DNA of 32,000 nt, taken from Faecalibaculum rodentium. Lineage in GTDB: Bacteria > Bacillota_I > Bacilli_A > Erysipelotrichales > Erysipelotrichaceae. Location of the stretch: positions 840,001 through 872,000 of the forward strand of contig NZ_CP011391.1 in NCBI RefSeq assembly GCF_001564455.1. The letters run 5' to 3'. The notes under the pieces were generated by a model. That model saw nothing but the letters and a program-made list of their open reading frames with translations, was not told where the DNA came from and did no database searches. The translations under genes were made by a program, and so were the position numbers. The number at the start of each line of letters is the position of its first letter. Position 1 is the stretch's first letter. Of the stretch, positions 26,303-32,000 are shown piece by piece.

Positions 26303-27333
26303 AAATCAGTATTCTGATACCTGTATACAATGTGAAGAAATGGCTTGACCGATGTCTTGATTCTCTGGAAGCTCAGACATGGAAGGACTGGGAAGCCGTG
26401 CTTGTCAACGATGGAAGTACCGATGCGTCTCTTGAGATCGCACAGCGAAGAGCTGCGCAGGATGCAAGGATCCATGTCTTTTCCTATCCCAACAGAGGGA
26501 TATCCGTCACCCGAAACCGTCTTCTCGACCATGCCCGGGGAGATGCCTTTCTGTTTGTGGACAGTGATGACTGGATCGAACCGGAAACACTGGAAAAACT
26601 GGTCCGGGTCATGGAAGGAAAACGCTGTGATATTGTGCAGTGCGGGTACCAGATGGATTTTGGACCTGTCCCTTTTCTCCGGCCGGTGGCAGGCAATGGC
26701 ATACACACCCGGGAAGAAGCACTGCAGATGCTGGTAAACAACAAGGGCATCAACAACTATCCCTGGGGCAAGCTGTTTCGCCGGCATACATTCAGCAATG
26801 TGCGGTTTCCGGAAAATGTAAAGGGATTCGAAGATACAAGAACCATTTTCCGAACCTTCCTCAATGCATCCCGGATCGGAACCATTCCCGATCGGTTTGT
26901 CCATTACGTTCAGCACCCCGGGTCCCTCACCAACTGCATGTCTCTGGCTACGGTCTACGATATGCGGCGGGCGTATGAATATCAGGAGAACTACCTGAAA
27001 AAAGTGCTGCCGCACCAGCATTTTGACTTCAACCGTAATTACTACAACACAGATATGGTGATCATTTACACCCTGATTCTTTTCAGCCACCGGAAAGAAA
27101 ATCCCAGATTCGATCCGGCTTCCATTGACTGGTCCAAACTGACACTCTCGCCGATACTGCATGGCGCCTATCTGGCATGGCTGCAGATTGCCTGTTTGAA
27201 AATGGGCTGGGATATCCGGAAAGTGCTGGATGAAACCCAGTGGCCGGTCAATGCCGATGATTCACAAAAGGCCGCCAGCAGCAGTCGGGAAAAGACAGCG
27301 AAACCGGCCGCAAAGAGAAACAGAGCGCGATGA
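26299..27333 (+). CDS. Family 2 glycosyltransferase
   Basis: MKISILIPVYNVKKWLDRCLDSLEAQTWKDWEAVLVNDGSTD...FVDSDDW shows the GT-A fold with a DxD motif. ATGA overlap with the permease. Trimmed from 26140. Confidence 0.88.
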   Translation: MKISILIPVYNVKKWLDRCLDSLEAQTWKDWEAVLVNDGSTDASLEIAQRRAAQDARIHVFSYPNRGISVTRNRLLDHARGDAFLFVDSDDWIEPETLEKLVRVMEGKRCDIVQCGYQMDFGPVPFLRPVAGNGIHTREEALQMLVNNKGINNYPWGKLFRRHTFSNVRFPENVKGFEDTRTIFRTFLNASRIGTIPDRFVHYVQHPGSLTNCMSLATVYDMRRAYEYQENYLKKVLPHQHFDFNRNYYNTDMVIIYTLILFSHRKENPRFDPASIDWSKLTLSPILHGAYLAWLQIACLKMGWDIRKVLDETQWPVNADDSQKAASSSREKTAKPAAKRNRAR

Positions 27334-27848
27334 TTCGAAAGGCAGAAACTGCGGATCTTGACGCAATTCTGAACCTGTATGATCAGGGGCGCGCGATCAT
27401 GCGCAGGGAGGGAAACCGGCATCAGTGGACTTCGGCATATCCCGGTCCGGACTCTGCAAGGCAGGATCTGAAAGCCGGACATCTTTATGTGAACAGTCAG
27501 CTGACCGCGGTCATGACATATATGCCCGGACCGGATCCGACGTATCAGACCATGGTGGAAGGATCCTGGCTGGATGAGTCCAGCTATGCGGTGATTCACC
27601 GGATCGTCAGCACAGAGCCCGGGCAGGGAAGAGCACTTCTGGAGTACGGCATGACCTGTGCCGGGCATCTTCGAATAGATACACACAGCCGGAATCACGG
27701 AATGAAACGGCTGCTGACGTCCCTGGGATTTCGTCGGTGCGGTGTCATTCTGTGTCAGGACGGGACACCCAGAGAAGCCTTCGAGTGGAGCAGTGCAGAT
27801 CCGGATGGACAGCATGATCGGAAGCGGTCCCGGTCACAGACCCGCTGA
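27330..27848 (+). CDS. GNAT family N-acetyltransferase
   Basis: Size and pattern fit (MIRKAETADLDAILNLYDQ... HRIVSTEPGQGRALLEY... NHGMKRLLTSLGFRRCG). ATGA overlap with the GT2 gene. Confidence 0.75.
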   Translation: MIRKAETADLDAILNLYDQGRAIMRREGNRHQWTSAYPGPDSARQDLKAGHLYVNSQLTAVMTYMPGPDPTYQTMVEGSWLDESSYAVIHRIVSTEPGQGRALLEYGMTCAGHLRIDTHSRNHGMKRLLTSLGFRRCGVILCQDGTPREAFEWSSADPDGQHDRKRSRSQTR

Positions 27849-27878
27849 CTGCATCGTGAGTCCTGTCTTTCAGTCACA

Positions 27879-27907
27879 TTGAATCCATTCCCGGTTTTGG
27901 CTACAAT
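27879..27907 (+). promoter_or_regulatory. Putative ffh promoter (TTGAAT-17-TACAAT)
   Basis: Hexamers and spacing only. Confidence 0.45.
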
Positions 27908-27930
27908 TTCAACGTATGGAGTAAGAGGAT

Positions 27931-29340
27931 ATGGCATTTGAATCTTTAAGCGAACGTCTTTCCCAGGCGATGAAAAACATCACCGGGCAGGGAAAACTGA
28001 CGGAAAAAAACATGAACGATATGCTCAAGGAAGTGCGCATGAGCCTTCTGGAAGCAGATGTCAATTACGGAGTTGTGAAGGACTTTGTGGCCAGGGTCAA
28101 GGAAAAGGCGCTCGGTCAGGAAGTCATGGAATCCCTCAACCCCTCGCAGATGGTGGTGAAGATTGTCCGGGATGAACTCCAGGAACTGCTTGGAAGCAGT
28201 GATACAGAACTTACCCTGAATCCGGACGGACTGACTACGGTGATGATGGCCGGTCTGCAGGGTACAGGAAAGACAACGGCATCCGGCAAAATCGCCCGCT
28301 ATGCAAAGCAGAAACTGAAGAAAAAAGTCCTGCTGGTGGCAGCGGATGTGGTTCGTCCGGCTGCGATAGACCAGCTGCAGACCCTCGGACAGCAGGTCGG
28401 AGTGGATGTATTCACCCTCGGACCGGATGTGACGGCTGTGGAAACTGCAAGACAGGGCTTGGACTATGCCCGCGAGAATGGCCATGATCTGGTGATATTC
28501 GATACGGCGGGTCGTCTGCACGTGGACCAGGCTCTGATGGATGAACTCCGTCAGATGGAGGAACTCATTCATCCCGACAACATCCTGCTGACTGTGGATG
28601 CCATGACCGGTCAGGACATTGTCAACGTCGCCAAATCCTTCGATGATCAGCTGGATATCACAGGTCTGGTCGTGACGAAAATGGATGGCGATGCTAGGGG
28701 CGGCGGCCTGCTGTCTGTCAGAAGCATCACCAGTGTTCCTGTCGTATTTGTATCCGGCGGGGAGAAAATGGAGGACCTGGAGCAGTTCCACCCCGATCGC
28801 ATGGCAGACCGGATCCTGGGCATGGGAGACGTTGTTTCCCTAATTGAACAGGCGCAGGACCGGCTGGACATGGAGGTTGGCAGGCAGTCGGCTGACCGGA
28901 TGATGAATGGCATTTTCACCTTCAATGACATGCTCGCGCAGTTCGGGCAGCTGGAGAAAATGGGCAGCATGCAGGGGATCCTGAAGATGATTCCGGGCCT
29001 CAACAAAATGGCGGCTCAGGTCAATGATGAGGCCATGAATTCGGTCATGAAGCGCAACCGTGCCATCATTCAGTCCATGACACCCTTTGAAAGGGAGAAC
29101 CCGTCCTGTCTGAAAGCCAGCCGGAAGCAGCGGATCGCCAAAGGATCCGGTGTCAAGGTGCAGGATGTGAACAAACTGATTCAGCAGCTGAATCAGATGC
29201 AGCAGATGACAAAGCTGATGTCCGGCGGCAGCAACATGAATGCGATGATGAACGCCATGAGCCGTGGCCAGGGTGTGTCAAAGCATGCAGGCAGCAAGAA
29301 GCAGAAGCTGTCCAAAAAGAAAAAGAAGAAGAAAAAATAG
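27931..29340 (+). CDS. ffh: Signal recognition particle protein Ffh
   Basis: N/G/M domain organisation. GLQGTGKTT P-loop, DTAGR, TKMDGDARGG, a Met-rich M domain, and a lysine-run C-terminus. Confidence 0.96.
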   Translation: MAFESLSERLSQAMKNITGQGKLTEKNMNDMLKEVRMSLLEADVNYGVVKDFVARVKEKALGQEVMESLNPSQMVVKIVRDELQELLGSSDTELTLNPDGLTTVMMAGLQGTGKTTASGKIARYAKQKLKKKVLLVAADVVRPAAIDQLQTLGQQVGVDVFTLGPDVTAVETARQGLDYARENGHDLVIFDTAGRLHVDQALMDELRQMEELIHPDNILLTVDAMTGQDIVNVAKSFDDQLDITGLVVTKMDGDARGGGLLSVRSITSVPVVFVSGGEKMEDLEQFHPDRMADRILGMGDVVSLIEQAQDRLDMEVGRQSADRMMNGIFTFNDMLAQFGQLEKMGSMQGILKMIPGLNKMAAQVNDEAMNSVMKRNRAIIQSMTPFERENPSCLKASRKQRIAKGSGVKVQDVNKLIQQLNQMQQMTKLMSGGSNMNAMMNAMSRGQGVSKHAGSKKQKLSKKKKKKKK

Positions 29341-29344
29341 CCGG

Positions 29345-29380
29345 CAGGGACTGTCAAGGAAAACACCTTGACAGTCCCTG
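29345..29380 (+). other. Perfect 15 bp hairpin between ffh and rpsP, with no T-run
   Basis: CAGGGACTGTCAAGG-AAAACA-CCTTGACAGTCCCTG. The 3' arm contains TTGACA, and TAGACT lies 18 nt downstream. Confidence 0.6.
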
Positions 29381-29433
29381 CGCTTCAATGATAGACTTTC
29401 GCAGTACAACAAAGAAATTGAGAGGTAAGAACT

Positions 29434-29703
29434 ATGGTAAAACTTCGTCTGAAGAGAATGGGTAAAAAGGGTCAGCCCTTCTACAGAATCGTGGCTGCTG
29501 ACAGCCGCGCTCCCCGTGATGGCCGCTTCATTGAAGAAATCGGTACATACAACCCGGTGCCTGAACAGGCTCAGATCGTCGTTGACAGGGAAAAGGCCCT
29601 GAAATGGCTGAACAACGGTGCACAGCCCACAGACACTGTGCGTTCCATCCTGCGCAAACAGGGCATCATCAAGGAATACGCGGAATCCAAATCCGCCAGA
29701 TAA
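29434..29703 (+). CDS. rpsP: 30S ribosomal protein S16
   Basis: [41 protein letters not shown]. Confidence 0.96.
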   Translation: MVKLRLKRMGKKGQPFYRIVAADSRAPRDGRFIEEIGTYNPVPEQAQIVVDREKALKWLNNGAQPTDTVRSILRKQGIIKEYAESKSAR

Positions 29704-29705
29704 AC

Positions 29706-29954
29706 ATGGCAGACCTGGAGAAAACCCTGTATGATCTCTGCCTGCCGCTGGTGGACGACGCATCCACGCTGTCGGTCAAGCAGATGGCCAGTGCAGATGA
29801 CAACGAGATTCTTCTCTATGTATATGCTGCCAGCGAAGATGTGGCCAGACTGATTGGACGCAAGGGGCTCATGGCTTCCAGCCTGAGACAGATGATGTCC
29901 ATCGCAGCCAGGGATACCCGCAAACACGTCTCCGTGAAATTCGAGGCTTATTAG
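29706..29954 (+). CDS. KH domain RNA-binding protein (YlqC/UPF0109 family)
   Basis: 82 aa starting at MADLEKTLYDL. The GRKG motif (RLIGRKGLMASSLR) is present, and the position between rpsP and rimM is conserved. Trimmed from 29604. Confidence 0.85.
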   Translation: MADLEKTLYDLCLPLVDDASTLSVKQMASADDNEILLYVYAASEDVARLIGRKGLMASSLRQMMSIAARDTRKHVSVKFEAY

Positions 29955-29974
29955 GATGCATCGCATCCTTTTTT
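29953..29974 (+). terminator. Terminator-like hairpin overlapping the KH gene stop codon
   Basis: AGGATGC-ATC-GCATCCT followed by T6. Confidence 0.6.
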
Positions 29975-30062
29975 CATATAATGGCTGCAGAATACCTGCT
30001 GCACCTGGGTCTCATTCAGGACACCGGCTGCAGAAAACAGACAAAGACAGGAGGAATCTGAC

Positions 30063-30551
30063 ATGGTGCGCATTGCAACCATCATCAATACCCACGCCCT
30101 GAAAGGCGAATGCAAGCTGTATCTTCATACCGATGACCCGGCGACCAGATTTTTGCCGGGGACCATATTCACGCTGGATACCGGCGAAAGACTGAAGCTG
30201 AAGCGGTTCCGCATGCAGAAAGGCTTTGGCTATGCGATGTTCGAGGATGTGGACACTGTGGAGAAGGCACAGGCCCTGAAAGGCAGAGTGCTGGAACTTT
30301 CAGAAGAGGAACTGGGGGAACCCGGAGAAGGGGAATACTATTATCATCAGCTGGCGGGCAGTACTGTATTCAATACAGAAGGAACGGAACTGGGACAGGT
30401 GTCGGATCTTCTGGAAACCGGGGCAAATCTTGTATTGCGCGTTGGACAGGGGAAGGCACAGTTTCTGGTGCCGTTCGTGGATGCGTTCATTGAAGAAGTC
30501 GATGTCACTGGAAAACGCATTGTCATCCGGGAAATGGAAGGACTTCGATGA
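30063..30551 (+). CDS. rimM: 16S rRNA processing protein RimM
   Basis: The N-terminus (IATIINTHALKGECKL) and the PRC barrel (GTELGQVSDLLETGANLVLRV) fit RimM. RBS is AGGAGG. Confidence 0.92.
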   Translation: MVRIATIINTHALKGECKLYLHTDDPATRFLPGTIFTLDTGERLKLKRFRMQKGFGYAMFEDVDTVEKAQALKGRVLELSEEELGEPGEGEYYYHQLAGSTVFNTEGTELGQVSDLLETGANLVLRVGQGKAQFLVPFVDAFIEEVDVTGKRIVIREMEGLR

Positions 30552-31273
30552 AAATCACCGTTTTGACACTGTTTCCGGAGTATTTCGACGGCTTTCTGAA
30601 CACAAGCATCATATCCCGGGCGCGTGAAGCGGGGCTCTTCGAGTTCGAAGCCCTGGATTTTCGTCCATTCACCGAGCAGAAACATGGCCATGTGGATGAT
30701 TCTCCCTATGGAGGCGGAGCAGGGATGGTCTTGATGTGTCAGCCGCTGCTGGATGCACTGGAATCTGTCCGCACAAAGGACAGCACGGTGATACTGCTGA
30801 GTCCGCAGGGAACGACATTCCGCCAGGAGACAGCCCGCGAGCTGGCGCTGAAGGATCACCTGATTTTTATCTGCGGTCACTATGAAGGATTTGATGAGCG
30901 GATCCGCCGCCATGCAGACATTCAGCTCTCTCTGGGCGATTTTGTGCTCACGGGCGGAGAACCGGCTGCGCAGGTCATGTGCGATGCCATCCTTCGGCTG
31001 CTGCCGGGAACCATTCGGGATGAATCCAGTGGAGGTGATTCCTTCTCCGATGGCCTGCTTGAATATCCGCAGTACACCAGGCCCTATGACTATAAGGGGG
31101 AGACTGTGCCGGATATTCTGCTGTCGGGGCATCATGAGAACATCCGGAGGTGGAGACGCCAGGAGTCTCTGCGTCGGACCCGCAGCCTGCGGCCGGATCT
31201 CCTGGAAACAGCAGATCTTTCGGAAAGCGACGTGAAGTTTCTGGAATCTCTTGCCGAAGAAGACGGGAAATGA
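30548..31273 (+). CDS. trmD: tRNA (guanine37-N1)-methyltransferase
   Basis: MKITVLTLFPEYFDGFLNTSIISRA...DDSPYGGGAGMVL...ICGHYEGFDERI. ATGA overlap with rimM. Confidence 0.96.
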   Translation: MKITVLTLFPEYFDGFLNTSIISRAREAGLFEFEALDFRPFTEQKHGHVDDSPYGGGAGMVLMCQPLLDALESVRTKDSTVILLSPQGTTFRQETARELALKDHLIFICGHYEGFDERIRRHADIQLSLGDFVLTGGEPAAQVMCDAILRLLPGTIRDESSGGDSFSDGLLEYPQYTRPYDYKGETVPDILLSGHHENIRRWRRQESLRRTRSLRPDLLETADLSESDVKFLESLAEEDGK

Positions 31274-31366
31274 TACTATTTTCAGGCATGCGCGGTTCCG
31301 CTGTCCTTGTGAACAGGAGCATGAACCTGCAAGGCCGCATGAGTGAAAGAAAAGGAGAAATCAGTC

Positions 31367-31717
31367 ATGAACATGAATCTCGTCAACGAAGTCACGAAGA
31401 CTCAGCTGAAGAAAGACCTGCCTGAACTGCGTTCCGGTCAGACAGTCAAAGTATTCGTGCGTATTCACGAAGGTGAAAAGAGCCGTATCCAGGTGTTTGA
31501 AGGCGTCATCACTGAAAAAGTGGGAGGCGGCATCAACGAAAGCATCACAGTCCGGAAGCTGTCCAGCGGTATCGGCGTGGAACGTAAATTCCCGATCCAC
31601 AGCCCGATCGTGGAAAAAATCGAAGTTGTCCGTCAGGGCAAGGTTCGCCGGAACAAGCTGCGTTATCTGAGAAACCGCTCCGGCAAGAGCGCACGTCTGA
31701 AAGAAGTCCGCAAGTAA
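31367..31717 (+). CDS. rplS: 50S ribosomal protein L19
   Basis: [28 protein letters not shown]...[18 protein letters not shown]. The start was chosen at ATG 31367, after AAGGAG. Confidence 0.95.
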   Translation: MNMNLVNEVTKTQLKKDLPELRSGQTVKVFVRIHEGEKSRIQVFEGVITEKVGGGINESITVRKLSSGIGVERKFPIHSPIVEKIEVVRQGKVRRNKLRYLRNRSGKSARLKEVRK

Positions 31718-31723
31718 GCCGGA

Positions 31724-31756
31724 AAGATGGATTCCTGTATGGGGTCCATCTTTTTT
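31724..31756 (+). terminator. Intrinsic terminator of rplS
   Basis: AAGATGGA...TCCATCTT stem followed by T6. Confidence 0.8.
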
Positions 31757-31913
31757 GTATCCGGCACCATCTGGAAAACAGGATGACAGGGACAAGGCCG
31801 GGGCAGTCCGGAAAGCGGAGTGACTGCGAAGTTTGCGCTTTGTCCCGCCAAAAGTCAGTCAATGGAGCTTTCTGCTATACTGAACAGAGATATAAGGAAT
31901 CGGAGGATATGGG

Positions 31914-32000
31914 ATGGATCAGGAAACAAAGACATCCGGAGCAGGGAACAGCCCGGAGCGGGAAGGAAACTCCTTTCTCAAAGAGGCCTGGGGTTTCATC
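31914..32000 (+). CDS. 5' end of an unidentified CDS running off the window (possibly signal peptidase I, by context only)
   Basis: GGAGG RBS 7 nt upstream of ATG 31914. The frame is open to the window edge (MDQETKTSGAGNSPEREGNSFLKEAWGFI...). The product guess rests on common lepB placement after rplS in Firmicutes, not on sequence motifs. Confidence 0.35.
   Translation, partial: MDQETKTSGAGNSPEREGNSFLKEAWGFI

Overview
Chromosomal window from a Bacillota genome. The 16S sequence and the short 5S look Erysipelotrichia-like, but I cannot verify the taxon without a search. Most of the window is housekeeping sequence. Two near-identical rRNA operons lie in direct orientation (16S-23S-5S at ~201-5056; 16S-23S only at ~10636-15288). 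They bracket a ~5.3 kb segment that carries an internally deleted IS66-family element, a DUF1275 membrane protein, a LytTR-PAS one-component regulator, a histidine phosphatase, gdhA and rpiB. Downstream come a lone PTS EIIA gene, mscL, tRNA-Trp, and a GntR/HutC-regulated beta-glucoside locus (GH1 6-phospho-beta-glucosidase, EIIC, EIIB). A complete bacterial class C (IIC) group II intron with its RT/maturase sits just downstream of that operon's intrinsic terminator. Next is a translationally coupled four-gene operon (TPR-like protein, orphan ABC-permease-like protein, GT2 glycosyltransferase, GNAT). The window ends with the conserved ffh-rpsP-KH-rimM-trmD-rplS cluster. I see no CRISPR array, defence island or clearly novel multi-gene system. 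The items most worth follow-up are the IIC intron (its ORF overlaps domain V), the 5S-less second rrn operon, the MITE-like IS66 derivative, the LytTR-PAS regulator, the TPR/permease/GT2/GNAT operon, and a structured ~120 nt element after tRNA-Trp. All coordinates and homology calls were made by eye from motifs. No searches or structure computations were run.
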